Assembly (NCBI GenBank): GCA_963792365.1 | Contig: CAWBVW010000008.1 | Coordinates: forward strand, 132,243 to 196,242 | Reading direction: 5' to 3' | DNA: 64,000 bases | DNA from: an uncultured bacterium | GTDB taxonomy: Bacteria > Actinomycetota > Acidimicrobiia > Spongiisociales > ZC4RG35 | Shown here: in pieces, positions 19,641-30,500 of the stretch | How the letters are laid out: every line of letters starts with the position of its first letter | Numbering within the stretch: position 1 is the stretch's first letter | Made by a program: the position numbers and the translations under genes | The notes under the pieces: model-generated | Seen by the model: only the letters and a program-made list of their open reading frames with translations | The model's database searches: none | Told to the model about the DNA's origin: nothing

Positions 19641-20519
19641 TCATTCCATGAGGTGGAGGATCCGGCGGGTGGTGATGGGGCTGGGTCGGCGTCGGTTCAC
19701 TTGTTCGGGCCGGTAGGCGTCAGCGATGCGGCGTGTGCCGAGCAGAGGCCATCCACCCTCGGGAAGTCGCCACGACTCGATGAGCGCCATGGCGTCGGAC
19801 ATCGCCTCGAGGGGGACCTCGAGCCGTTGGGCGAGCTCGACGAGTTCGACGAGATCGATGACGTAGTCGAGGGGAAACGCGGGGAGCAGCCAGCGGGTGC
19901 CGGTCGGGTCGGCCTTGGTGCGACCGGACAGCGGGATGATCGTGCCGGCGCGCCCGTGGAAGAGCTGTCGGTCGGACAGGAGTTGTCGCATTGCATCGAG
20001 GTGCGCGGTGGTGGGCAGGTCGATCCCGGCGCGGCGCAGCGCGCCGATGGTGGGGACGAGGCCGAGTAGACAGGTTGTGTCGGCCATGCAGCCGCCGTAG
20101 CGGTTGCGGAGGTAGCCGCCCCATGGCGGAGCGGATGGTTGGTGGTACGTGGTGCCGCCGAATGCGACCTGCTGGTAGGTGATGATCCAGTCGAGCAGCG
20201 GCGTGGCCGTCTCGATACGGCCGGTGCCGATGAGGAGGCGGGCGAGCATACCGGTGTAGCAGCAGAGCACACCATCGCGGTGGCCGTCGATGCTGCAGCC
20301 GCCACGTATGGCGGCCCGGGCGAGAAGACCCAGTGCGAGAGCGAGACTGGGGTGATCGCTGAGTCCAGCCTCGTGCAGGGACCGGGCCGCGAAGACCGTC
20401 GACACGATGCGACCTTCGGCGGTTTGCTGGCTGCCGAACGAGCCGTCGGGATGCTGGCGCTTCGCGAGGTCGTCGGCGGTCACGATCGCCATGCCGGCAT
20501 GCTGGATGTGCCCGGTCAC
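19641..20519 (-). CDS. Prenyltransferase/squalene-oxidase repeat-like protein
   Basis: 292 aa. HPDGSFGSQQ and repeated aromatic-rich alpha-alpha toroid-like segments. Assignment is tentative. Confidence 0.45.
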   Translation of the reverse strand: MTGHIQHAGMAIVTADDLAKRQHPDGSFGSQQTAEGRIVSTVFAARSLHEAGLSDHPSLALALGLLARAAIRGGCSIDGHRDGVLCCYTGMLARLLIGTGRIETATPLLDWIITYQQVAFGGTTYHQPSAPPWGGYLRNRYGGCMADTTCLLGLVPTIGALRRAGIDLPTTAHLDAMRQLLSDRQLFHGRAGTIIPLSGRTKADPTGTRWLLPAFPLDYVIDLVELVELAQRLEVPLEAMSDAMALIESWRLPEGGWPLLGTRRIADAYRPEQVNRRRPSPITTRRILHLME

Positions 20520-20597
20520 GTCAGCGCCGCCGCCCTGCCGGGGCGACGGGTTGGCAGATCGCCGTGGACACCCCCGTCTTCAGCGCGCGCCACGATC

Positions 20598-20855
20598 TCA
20601 ACCCGATTGCTGGGCCAGGAAGATCCCGAGGGCGCTGAACGCGAGTCGCAGGATCAGACCGGCGTACGTGTTGAGAATGCCCAGTTGGCGCATGACCAGG
20701 TATTGGGGGATCAGCAGTACGAGAAACCCGTACATCGCGGCGACCACCAGCCGGAACATGACTCGTCGTCCCGGGAACCTGAGCCGTGCCAGGGCGTATC
20801 CGGCGGTGGCGTCGAGAGCATTCCGGAGGATCACCACTGCGACGATGGTGATCAC
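20598..20855 (-). pseudogene. C-terminal fragment of carbohydrate ABC transporter permease
   Basis: 85 aa: AGYALARLRFPGRRVMFRLVVAAMYGFLVLLIPQYLVMRQLGILNTYAGLIL is the EAA-loop region of MalG/UgpE-type permeases, with no upstream portion. Confidence 0.5.
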
Positions 20856-20931
20856 CGAGGTCGTCGACCCTGAGACCGACTAGTTCGAGTCGGAGGTGAC
20901 AGGGGGAAATCCCTCATGGTGGATGATCGCT

Positions 20932-21950
20932 CCACCGGCCAGAGTGGTCCGCATGAGTCTCGACTCGCTCCGAGCCGCCGCTTCGAGCATGGCCTTCGTG
21001 GTGGTGTCTTCGCTCGTGCTGGTCTCAGCATCTGAGCGTCTGTACTGGTACCTGGATGGTGTGTCCCTGGCGGCCTTCGCCGAAGTGGCTGTCTTCTACA
21101 TCATCCCCACGGTCGCGACGTTGTGGGTGTTCGGATCGGGACCGTCGGCGAACCTGCACCAAGTCGTGCTGGTGGGAGCCGTCTACGGATTCATGGTGGA
21201 GGGCGTCTTGACCGCCGTCGTGTACGAAGACGGCCCGCTTCCACTTCTCGCATTCATATTCGTGGGGTGGCACGGACTGCTGGCAGTCGGATGGTTCTGG
21301 TTCGGCATACGTCGGTTGCTCGTCACGGGTCGGACCCGCCTGCTCGCGATCGGTTCGGCGACGGTGGGGGCCTATTGGGGGTCTGGTCGACGACGTGGAT
21401 GCTCCCCGAGGCGACGAGGGGCTTCGACAGAGCATTCGAGGTGATGACGCCAGGGCCGTTCGCCGCGTATGCGATGACGGTGGGGGCGGTGGTGGTGGCC
21501 GCTCATCTGCTGTTGGATCGTGTGTGGCCGGAATCCTTCGTCCTCGGGCGACGTGCCAGGGCGGTCGTGGTCCTGGTCGTGGCCGGCTACGGCGCCATCG
21601 CCGTTGTGCCCTTGGTGTGGTGGGCACCCTTCAAGTTCGCGGTCCTGATCGGTGGTACATTGTGGCTGCTCAACCGCAGCCGTCGGGTCGACCCCGGCGC
21701 CGAGACCATCATCGTATCGCTCGCAGGGCGGGTCGCTCCTCGGAGTGCCGCTGCGGTGATGGCGATGCCCTTCATGGCCACGCTGGTCTATGCCGGCTTG
21801 TGGGGAGTTGGGATGTCCGAAGATGGGGTGCGGCTCCTCCACGAGGCGATGTACTGGTCGCAGGTGGTCATCGGTGCGATCGCCTACTCGTGGGCAGCGG
21901 CGCGTTCGATTCGCTCGGCGACCGTGGCGCCCGCCCCGCAGTCGAACTGA
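20932..21950 (+). pseudogene. Polytopic membrane protein interrupted by a frameshift near 21366-21381
   Basis: ORFs 20896-21444 and 21123-21950 are contiguous hydrophobic sequence in two frames. The switch is at a pair of GGGGG runs. This is either a true pseudogene or a sequencing indel. Confidence 0.45.
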
Positions 21951-22134
21951 ACTGCGACACATGCCGGTGCTGAGTGCGACGGCACTCCCCGGGCGAACGG
22001 CTGCCTCTGCGTCGGCGATGTGGCTCTCGAGTGCAACGGAACTTGGACACCGTGGGTACCCCGAGGTCGCCCCTCGCGTTTCAGGTCCGGGTGCGTTCCA
22101 AGAGAGGTGACGCAGTCCGATGGTTGGAGCTTCG

Positions 22135-22767
22135 CTAGGTCGAGAGAACGCCCTTCTCGTACGCTCGTGCGACGGCCGCCGCTCGGTCCGATACCGCGAG
22201 CTTGTCGTATATGTGGATCAGATGGGTCTTGACGGTTGCTTCGCTGATGTAGAGACTTGCGGCGATCTCGGCGTTGGTGTTGCCGTTGGCGACTTCCCGT
22301 AGGACATCGATCTCTCGTGACGTCAGGGCGTCGGGCGACGTCTTGTGTGTTCGTTCGGCCAGTCGCTTGGTGATCGGAGGGGAGAGCACGGTCTCTCCTG
22401 CCGCGGCTCGTCGGACGGCGTCGACCAGGTCTTGGGTGGGCGAGTCCTTCAGCATGTAGCCCGCTGCTCCGGCTTCGACCGCTCGCACGATCGCCTCGTC
22501 GGTGTCGTAGGTGGTCACCACGAGGACGGCGACTTCGGGACGGCGTTCTCTGACTGCCCTGGTCGCCTCGACGCCATCCATCTCGGGCATCCTCAGATCC
22601 ATCAGGATGACGTCGGGGTCCTCTGCCAACACTGCCGAGAGTGCGGCGCGACCGTCGGCCACGTCGGCAACGACCTCGATGTCCGGCTCGTCTCGGAGCA
22701 GCGCGACCACGCCCTGTCGCACGATCGGATGGTCGTCCGCCACGATCACTCTGATGATCTTGCTCAC
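22135..22767 (-). CDS. LuxR/NarL-family response regulator
   Basis: GTG start at 22767 (MSKIIRVIVADDHPIVRQG...) overlaps the kinase stop (GTGA). C-terminal LuxR HTH. Confidence 0.8.
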   Translation of the reverse strand: MSKIIRVIVADDHPIVRQGVVALLRDEPDIEVVADVADGRAALSAVLAEDPDVILMDLRMPEMDGVEATRAVRERRPEVAVLVVTTYDTDEAIVRAVEAGAAGYMLKDSPTQDLVDAVRRAAAGETVLSPPITKRLAERTHKTSPDALTSREIDVLREVANGNTNAEIAASLYISEATVKTHLIHIYDKLAVSDRAAAVARAYEKGVLST

Positions 22768-23948
22768 GATCGCACCGGAAGCTGGATCGTGAGAACGGAG
22801 CCGTGATCTTCGCCAGATTCGATCGTCAAGCAACCACCGAGAGACTCGACGCGGCGGGTGAGTGTCGCCAGACCCTGTCCGCCCGTGAGGGTCCCACGAT
22901 GGTGCACCTCCCCGGTTCCGAGTCCGATGCCGTCGTCGCGTACACCCAGGGTCACCACGTCTTCGAGGTACGACAACGTCACGTCGACGCGATTGGGTCG
23001 TCCGTGGGTGCAGGCGTTGCGGATCCCTTCCTGCGCAGCGCGGAGAAGAACCGTTTCCACTGAGCCCGGCAGGGTATGCGGGGTTCCGACGATCTCGACT
23101 TCACCGCCGATCTCGTCGGGGAGCGAGGCCTGCAGGTGTCGCCGCAACGCATCAGGAAGCGAGACCTCGTCGAGTTCATCCGGCCGACTCGACTCGACGA
23201 GCCGCCGCGCCATGTCGAGGTTGAGCTGGGCGGTGGACTCGATGGAGCCGAGGATCTCGCCGGTGTCGGCCGTCGGCCGCTTGCCGGCCCGGGCCAACAG
23301 CACGATGGACGTGAACCCCTGGGCGAGCGTGTCGTGGATCTCGCCGGCCATCCGCGTGCGCTCTTCGAGGGCACCCCTCGAACGCTCGGAGGCTGCAAGA
23401 TCCTGCTGGGCTGCCTCGAGCTGCCTGATGAGTTCGGCCTGTCTGGCGGTCAGCCCGCCGATGCGATGGATGGCGTAGGCGATCGTCGAAGACCCGACGA
23501 AGACGAGGACGGGGATCACGAGCGTCCAGGCCGGCCCGCCGAGGGATGCCAGAAGCCAAATCGCCGAGACGATGCCTGCCAGAGTCACGCCGACCTGGAG
23601 ACGGTTCGAGTCGACGATGAAGCAGAGCCCGTACAACGCAAAGCTGAGGAGCGTCCAGCGCTCGTCCGATACCGCAAGGAAGAGCCAACCAGCCATGGCG
23701 CTCGAGATGCCCGTGAACCTGGCTGCGAGCGCTCGGCCCGACCACGCGAGCGCCAGCCCGCCAAGCACCAGCCACGGGACGATCGCGAGTCCGATGTTCC
23801 CGGCGGAGTCGAGCGTCGGCCGGTAGGCCAGAGCCATCGACGCGACATACACAAAACCGATCAGGCTCGCCCAGATCCCGTCCCTCGGTGAGTCGAGGAC
23901 GATGCTGGGCGAGTCGGTGTCGGTCGATGGCTGGATGGATTGGTTCAC
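22764..23948 (-). CDS. Two-component sensor histidine kinase (HisKA_3)
   Basis: Multi-TM N-terminus. H-box EIHDTLAQGFTSIVLLARAG and a HATPase_c C-terminus. Confidence 0.8.
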   Translation of the reverse strand: MNQSIQPSTDTDSPSIVLDSPRDGIWASLIGFVYVASMALAYRPTLDSAGNIGLAIVPWLVLGGLALAWSGRALAARFTGISSAMAGWLFLAVSDERWTLLSFALYGLCFIVDSNRLQVGVTLAGIVSAIWLLASLGGPAWTLVIPVLVFVGSSTIAYAIHRIGGLTARQAELIRQLEAAQQDLAASERSRGALEERTRMAGEIHDTLAQGFTSIVLLARAGKRPTADTGEILGSIESTAQLNLDMARRLVESSRPDELDEVSLPDALRRHLQASLPDEIGGEVEIVGTPHTLPGSVETVLLRAAQEGIRNACTHGRPNRVDVTLSYLEDVVTLGVRDDGIGLGTGEVHHRGTLTGGQGLATLTRRVESLGGCLTIESGEDHGSVLTIQLPVRS

Positions 23949-23969
23949 GAGACTGGTCCCGTCAGAAGC

Positions 23970-24419
23970 CTATTTCTCGACCGAGGTCCGATCCCCGGGC
24001 AGCCAGCGGGCGAGCATCCCGATCACGGGAACGGCCACGACCAGATGGAAGAGATTCAACCAGAGCGCCGTACCGATCGACGCGGCTGCGGTGAACGGGA
24101 CCACGGCATATCCCGCCAGGGCGATCAGCGCCACGGCGAGAAACGTCGGCCGGGGCCTCCGACTGAAGCGCCCGATGGCAACGGCGAGGGCAGCTCCCAC
24201 CGTGGCGCCGAAGATCGTGAATCCGGTGACGTTGCCGAGGGTGACCTCGCCCGTGCCTGCGACGACCAGTCGGTCGGCCAGCGCCTGTGCAACCAGGTAC
24301 GCCGTGGCGACCAGGAGGACAGCAGTGCTGGTTCCAGCTGCCCAGAGCTTGGCAAGCCGTGCGATGGAGAGGCCCGTCTTGGTGACGTGATTCGCTTGTC
24401 GCGTATCTGTTGCGGTCAT
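23970..24419 (-). CDS. Membrane protein (hypothetical)
   Basis: 149 aa, 4 TM. ATGA overlap with the upstream gene. Confidence 0.55.
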   Translation of the reverse strand: MTATDTRQANHVTKTGLSIARLAKLWAAGTSTAVLLVATAYLVAQALADRLVVAGTGEVTLGNVTGFTIFGATVGAALAVAIGRFSRRPRPTFLAVALIALAGYAVVPFTAAASIGTALWLNLFHLVVAVPVIGMLARWLPGDRTSVEK

Positions 24420-25075
24420 GATGTGAGTCCTTTCAATGCGGGTACGTTCACATCGTTGACCACCGGGCCGGCATCCACATCAACCGATCGGTGGATCTGC
24501 GCGGCCGTCGCATCATCGGGACGTGACCGAAGGGCGTACTCGTGACGGTCGAGGCGGAAACGCACGTAGAACATCACGAAGAAGATGACGACGCCCATCA
24601 CCGGCCAGGCCGTCAAGGTCCGTGCGACGACGAACTCCGATGCGGTGGAGACGGTGAGATGCCACCCCTCCCACGCCGTGATCGCGAGTTCGGAGAGCGC
24701 AACGACTGCGGTGACCTGTGCAGACACTTTCCGGTAGACGGGATGGTCGGGCGTCAGGTGCCGGTATGGCGTGACGAGCGGAAGCGCATAGAAGGCTGCC
24801 GGCCGCTTCGTGAAAGCAGTGGCCCCGATGCCGATGGCGACGAGGGCGCTGAGGGCCACCCCCGCTCCGAAGTAGACCTCCGACGATTCGGTGACGACTC
24901 CCGCGATGGCCTTCGCCACCACGAAGCTGAGGGAGATCGGTAGCAAGATCCCAATGCCAGCGCTGCGTCTTCTCTGCAAGACGAGCAACGCAGCCGTTGT
25001 GATGCTGGCGGCGATCATGCCTGCGGCGAGACCCAGCCAGCCGTCGAACACGAGGAACACTCCAGTGGGGAGCAT
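24416..25075 (-). CDS. DUF3159-like membrane protein
   Basis: Start at MLPTGVFLVFDGW. Several TM helices. The ORF-track N-terminal extension overlaps the next gene. Confidence 0.55.
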   Translation of the reverse strand: MLPTGVFLVFDGWLGLAAGMIAASITTAALLVLQRRRSAGIGILLPISLSFVVAKAIAGVVTESSEVYFGAGVALSALVAIGIGATAFTKRPAAFYALPLVTPYRHLTPDHPVYRKVSAQVTAVVALSELAITAWEGWHLTVSTASEFVVARTLTAWPVMGVVIFFVMFYVRFRLDRHEYALRSRPDDATAAQIHRSVDVDAGPVVNDVNVPALKGLTS

Positions 25076-25127
25076 GGACCTCAGCGCGGACGCGAGGCTC
25101 GGGCGGGTCACCTGTGATGCAAGATGT

Positions 25128-25385
25128 TCAGATGCTGCGGTCGATTTCACGCTGAATCCTCTCCTCTGCGATAGGCATGTGCCAGTCGAACAGGTGCGAC
25201 GCCTGGGCGGCGAGGCCGATTCCCCCACCGAGCAGCGGCCACACGGGCCAGAAGTCGGTGGCGCCGGACCGGGCCCAGAGGGATACGAAGTACGCCATCA
25301 GTGCAAGGTAGAACACCAGATAGATGGCGAAGTGCCGGCGAGCCCTGATGCGGTGGATGGCGTGCTGTCTCGATCGGTTGCTCAT
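25128..25385 (-). CDS. 2TM-domain small membrane protein
   Basis: 85 aa: FAIYLVFYLALMAYFVSLWA...FWPVWPLLGGGIGLAAQ. Confidence 0.55.
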   Translation of the reverse strand: MSNRSRQHAIHRIRARRHFAIYLVFYLALMAYFVSLWARSGATDFWPVWPLLGGGIGLAAQASHLFDWHMPIAEERIQREIDRSI

Positions 25386-25627
25386 GTCGATTCCTTTCGG
25401 TGGAGGTGTGAGCTGGGTCCAGTGTCAGGGCTGGAACGCCCGCCCACATCCACCGATCGGTTGATCTCGAAACCCATGGCGATGCCGTGCGGAGTTTTGG
25501 ATCCACGGCCGGGCACCGTCGAGCGTCGCCAGCAGGGCGTGGTCGGCGACCGTTGCCGCAAGCCGAAACAGGAAGAGCCGATGTTCCCTGCACGAGTCAA
25601 CATGCTTTCGTGCTGACCCTGCGACCC

Positions 25628-26044
25628 TCAATCGTTGTTGGAGCTTCGGCCTTGCTTCTTGAGCTCTCGCCAGCCTCCGGCGCGGTTGTTGGCGACTATT
25701 TGTTTGAACATGGCGAGCAGAGCCGGCTTGTTGATCGGCTCGCCCTGATAGACCGCCACGGTGCGAGCGGTGGTGTTGTCGTGTCCGCCGGTGATGATCC
25801 CGTCGGGGTCGGGCACGATCGCTCCGTCGTACAAGAAGACGTTGACGTGGTCTTTGGTGGCCAGGAGCGCGCAGATGTTGCCGTCGAGGACGAAGTAGGG
25901 CTGGACGGTGCGCTTGATCGTCTCATGTACCTCTGGGTCGGCGGCGTGTACCAGCGCCCTCACCTGGTGGCAGATGCTCTGTTGCCATTCGGGGAGGCCG
26001 TCGATGTAGTCGTCGACCCTTGGGTCGCGGTGCGGCTCATTCAT
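25628..26044 (-). CDS. DUF1801 (YdhG-like) domain protein
   Basis: 138 aa: DYIDGLPEWQQSICHQVRALVHAADPEVHETIKRTVQPYFVLDGNICALLATKDHVNVFLYDG. Confidence 0.65.
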   Translation of the reverse strand: MNEPHRDPRVDDYIDGLPEWQQSICHQVRALVHAADPEVHETIKRTVQPYFVLDGNICALLATKDHVNVFLYDGAIVPDPDGIITGGHDNTTARTVAVYQGEPINKPALLAMFKQIVANNRAGGWRELKKQGRSSNND

Positions 26045-26365
26045 CGACTTCGCTCACCGCCAGGGTTCCACGGACCAAGAGAACCATACAGGTGAGCACC
26101 ATGTGCAATCAGCTCGTCACGTCCGTCATGGCGGCGAGCCTGGAAGAACGGCAAATCACCTGCTCTGGAGCACCTCCGAACAGTGCCCTGCCTGATTCCC
26201 CGAACGAGGCAGTGGTCAGAGCGATTCCTGACCAGGGCCCTGATGGTTTGACGGAGTCGCGTCCATTGAGATCGATGAAGGTAGGAGAGAGCCGGCACGT
26301 GCCAGGACGGGATCCCGACCGCAACCCCTTGCAAAGCCGCGGCCGGGAACCTCTCGGTCAGCCTG

Positions 26366-27382
26366 TCAGTGTCGTTTCGACAGGTGCGTGTACTTCCAGA
26401 CCTCGCCGTCGATGGTCACCACGTATGCGGTGTCGCCCACGATCTCGAACGAGGTGGGACGGTCCAGGCCTTCTGCAATTGTGCTGAGGCCGTGTGGTGT
26501 GAGCCGATGAAGCGCTCCCGAGTCGGGATCGGCGGGTGTTCCTTCCACTCCGCTCGAGTGGGTACCTTGCGCCAGCAGATACAGCTGGCCCTTGCGGCCG
26601 AATTCGACGTCAACCGGCAGCCGTGCCCCCGCCGCCACGTCCCGGAGCGCCCTGCCATGCACGTTGAACGACACGACCTCACCGTCCTCCGGCAGGTGTG
26701 GCACCGGGCCGGCCTTGGCCAGGAACACTCGGCCACCTCGCAGGTCGAGACCGGTCGGCACCTCGTTGCCGAAGGCGATGATCTCTGTGACGTCGCCGTC
26801 CAACGTGACATGCAGCACCCGGTTGTGATGTCCGTCGGTCACGAGCAGCTCACCTTTGTAGGCCTGCATCGCATACTGGACGCCGGTGGGCACGATGATC
26901 GGCATATCGGGCGGGTTGGCGGCCGACCATTCCCCGAGGTCCACCACCGGTGTCGCCGATGCTGGTCCGTCGATGCGATAGACCCCGACGACATCGGTTC
27001 CGCCGACATCTGCCGCTACCAGCGTGACGATGGCGTAGGCGGTTGCGCCGATGAACTCGACGTCCATCACACCGCCAACACCGATCAGCGGCAGCGGGAA
27101 GCCCGAAGCAAACAGACTGGTCGCACCCGATTCTCGGTCGATGCGGGTGATCGTGCCCTGCATCGGTTGGGCGACGTACAGCGCCCGATCCGGCCCGATG
27201 GTCGACCCCGATCCACTGCCCAGGCCGGTGACCAGCACCTGCGGAGCCGGCGAAGGGCCGGCATTCGCTGCGCTTGTCGGCATGAGCATGCTCGCTGCGA
27301 GCGCCACCACCAGACCTATCCGTATCCTGAACTTCCCCGTCGACGACTTGTGACGTTCACGTAGCTGTTCCACTGCCGGCAC
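26366..27382 (-). CDS. Secreted beta-propeller protein (ScyD/ScyE- or NHL-like)
   Basis: Signal peptide (RIGLVVALAASMLMPTSAANA), then repeated beta-strand-rich segments of about 40 aa. Confidence 0.55.
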   Translation of the reverse strand: MPAVEQLRERHKSSTGKFRIRIGLVVALAASMLMPTSAANAGPSPAPQVLVTGLGSGSGSTIGPDRALYVAQPMQGTITRIDRESGATSLFASGFPLPLIGVGGVMDVEFIGATAYAIVTLVAADVGGTDVVGVYRIDGPASATPVVDLGEWSAANPPDMPIIVPTGVQYAMQAYKGELLVTDGHHNRVLHVTLDGDVTEIIAFGNEVPTGLDLRGGRVFLAKAGPVPHLPEDGEVVSFNVHGRALRDVAAGARLPVDVEFGRKGQLYLLAQGTHSSGVEGTPADPDSGALHRLTPHGLSTIAEGLDRPTSFEIVGDTAYVVTIDGEVWKYTHLSKRH

Positions 27383-27590
27383 CTCCCTTGTCGTCCGGTA
27401 CCGGACGAACGTATGCGTCCGCTGTCAAGAAACGTTCAAGACGCGTTGAGGGTCACGGTGTCTGTCTTTCCAAGTCGCCATGCCGCCCCGAGGCGTGGTG
27501 CTGAGGCGCAGGATCATCGGAACCAGTCAGCGTCATCGAGGTCCGCCTGGGGCGTCCATTGGAGTTTGTCATGGACCACGGGAGCGGTGC

Positions 27591-30500
27591 TCACTCCACG
27601 GTTGGTCCTGGACACTTATCGGCGCCGAAAAACCGGATGCACTCGTCGTCGTTGAACCCACGAGTCACCCGGGATCTTGCTTGAGCTGCCAGCTCGTCAG
27701 CGGTCAGCGGCACGCGCTGGAGGAGGCCGTGACCGGCGTCGTAGTAGAAGGCTGACCCGTCGGACGCCATTGCCACGCCGGACCTGCCGACGCGGCCCAC
27801 TTCCAGGAGCGGCTCACCGGTGTGAGCATCCCTGAGTCGGATCTCCGCGCTCGATGTGACGACGTAGTCGCCGTATCCAACAGCGAAACCGATCGCTCCC
27901 GCGTGACCCTGGATTGCGAACCGTACTGCCTCGTCGAGCGAGGCTCCCGCTTGGATCATCGCGGTATCGAACACCGCCAAGCGCCCGTTCTGTTCTCCGA
28001 ACACAATCGCTGAGCCGTCCTCGAAGAACCGGAGGGCGAGGATCCCGTCGAGCAGCGTGGCGTCGGGCGCGTTCCACGACGACAGTCGACTTCCGGTCGA
28101 GAGTCGCCACAGCTGCAACTCGGCTCTGGGAGCGGCGACCAGCACGAGATCTTCCGAAGGTGTCCCGGGCTCACCCACAACCACAAGGCCTTGGGGCTGG
28201 AACGGGATGTGGAGGATCAGGTCGCCCGACGCGAGATCGATCACTCCGGTCCGAGGTGGTCGGTCGGGGTCGACGCCGGCCGGGTGAACCGTGCAGTCTC
28301 CAACGACGGCGACGACGTTGGCGGCGTGATTGATGCTGCGGGGGGCTTCACACGGTCTGAGGGGAAGCAACACGCTACCGGTTTCCGTCTCCACAACCTC
28401 GGCGACTCCGGTGTCGGCGTTCAACCCAACAGCCAACTCGCCGTCTTCCGAGATCTGTGGCCAAGCCCACGGCAGTGAGGCGAAGTGGTGGCGGTGCAAT
28501 ACCCGACCCGTCGCCGTGTCCACGAGGCTGACGCTGGCGCTGTTGGCTTCGGGAGGCAACGCCATGGTGGCCGCTCTGGCTCCATCGGGAGAGAAGGCTG
28601 TCCACCACAGCTCGCCCTCGTCGAGACGTAGCGAACCGTCGCCTGGCACTGGACCGTCACTGCGCCAGATGTGGAGTCCTCGATCCCGGCTTTGCACCAG
28701 CACCCTGCCTTCGGCGGCGGCGACTGCGGTGGCGCCTCCGCCGTGGCCGGGGAGCGGTGTTCGCTCCAATGTCCGAAGGTCTATGGCGGTAGCTATGGCG
28801 GCGGTACCGCCCACGACCATGGTGGTCCCGTCAGGAGAGATGGCCAGGTCCATGGGTGAGATGAAACCGCCGAGCGACTGGACGGCGCCCGTGCTCAAGC
28901 TGATGAGATCGACTCGGGTACCTGTTCGATTCGACAACGCCAGTGTGTCGCCGTCGGGGTGGGCGGCGAGGTGAACGTACCCGTCCTCGGGCAGCTCCAC
29001 TCGGTCGACCTCGCTTCCGGTCCGGCCATCGACCAGGAGCACTGCGTCGCCGATCGCCACTGCGATCCTGCTGGTACCGGGTACGAATGTGCCACCGGTC
29101 GACCCGCCGTAGACCTCGATGGGCCGCGGGATCGCGATCTGTCTCTCCGTCGTCGGATTCGCCGTGTCCCAGATGCGGAGCGTGCCTGCCGGATCGACGC
29201 CGGCCACCAGGCTGCCATCGTCACTGAACGACAGGCCGTAGGCACCGCGACCGGCTCCGACCTCTTCTACCGTCGCAAGGGTGGCTGCGTCCACTATGAC
29301 GAGCGCGGGGCCTGCGCCGGAACTCATCTCGGGGGCGACGGCCAGGAGCGGCTCGGTCGGATGGTGAGCGACCGAGCCGATCTCGAATCCAAACTCCCGA
29401 TTGGCGATCTCCTCGCCGGATGGGACGTCGAACAGGCGCAGCACGGATCGCCTGTCGCCGTCCTCGATCGCCGCGGTGAGACCGTCGGATGAGAATACGA
29501 GCGCCCCGTGCGGTATGACACTCTCCAAATGCGAGCCGAGCAGCGTTGCCTGCAGTGCCTGGGTCACCGATGGCGGGATGGGATCGATGTCGTGCGATGC
29601 TTCGTACGCCGCCAGGGCGAGGTTGATCGCCAGGTCGGGATCCTCCTCGGTTGCCCGCTGCGCCTCGCTGGTCAGCTCTGCCACGCGGTTGTCGAGTGCC
29701 CGCAGTTCGGCGGCGCGGCCTTGAACGGCGGCGGCGATTCCCAGGGCAGTCACGATGATCAGGCCGGCGGTCAGCGCCACGATCACGTTCCTGCGCGATC
29801 GCCGTCGCCGGTGGCGCGCCAGGTCTTCAACTTTCCTTGACTCCTCGAGGAACTCCACCGCCGTCGTCCCGGGCCGGTGAGGCGATTGAGAGGCCACACC
29901 TTCGGCATGCTCCAGCCGTGCACCGCCGATGAGGAAGCTCGGATCTCGACCTGACTCTTCCCACTCCCTGCTCGCCTGTTCGACGCGTCGTGACGTGAGG
30001 AGATCGGCGCGGACCTCGTCGATCCAAGAGCGCAGCCGTTCCCACTGAGCGAGCACGGCTTCGTGCGCCAGCTCCACGGTCGGGCAGCGGCTGATCGCAT
30101 CGCGATCGAACGTGAGCAGCCGCTGAGTTGCAAACGCTTCCAACACCCGACCGATCGACCCGGGCGAGCGTTCCAGGCGTTGAAGGTCGCGCAGCGCAAC
30201 CCGGCGTCTGGTGTCCTCGACGCCCTCGGCTACCGAGACCAGCTCCGTGAACACCGCGGTGGACAACGCCTTGTCCTCTGGCGACAACCCGGCGAAGACA
30301 TCCTCGGCTCGCATGGCGATCGATCCGTGAAGCCCACCCGTTCGGGCGTAGTCCTCGAGGGTCATGCGATCTGTTCGTCGTGTCTCGAACACGCCGGCGA
30401 GGGCGTATTGCAGAAGAGGCAGTCCACCCAGCCCCTCGGCAGCATCGTGCGCCACCGTCCACACGAGGTCGTCTGCGATTTCGGCACCCACTCCCCGCGC

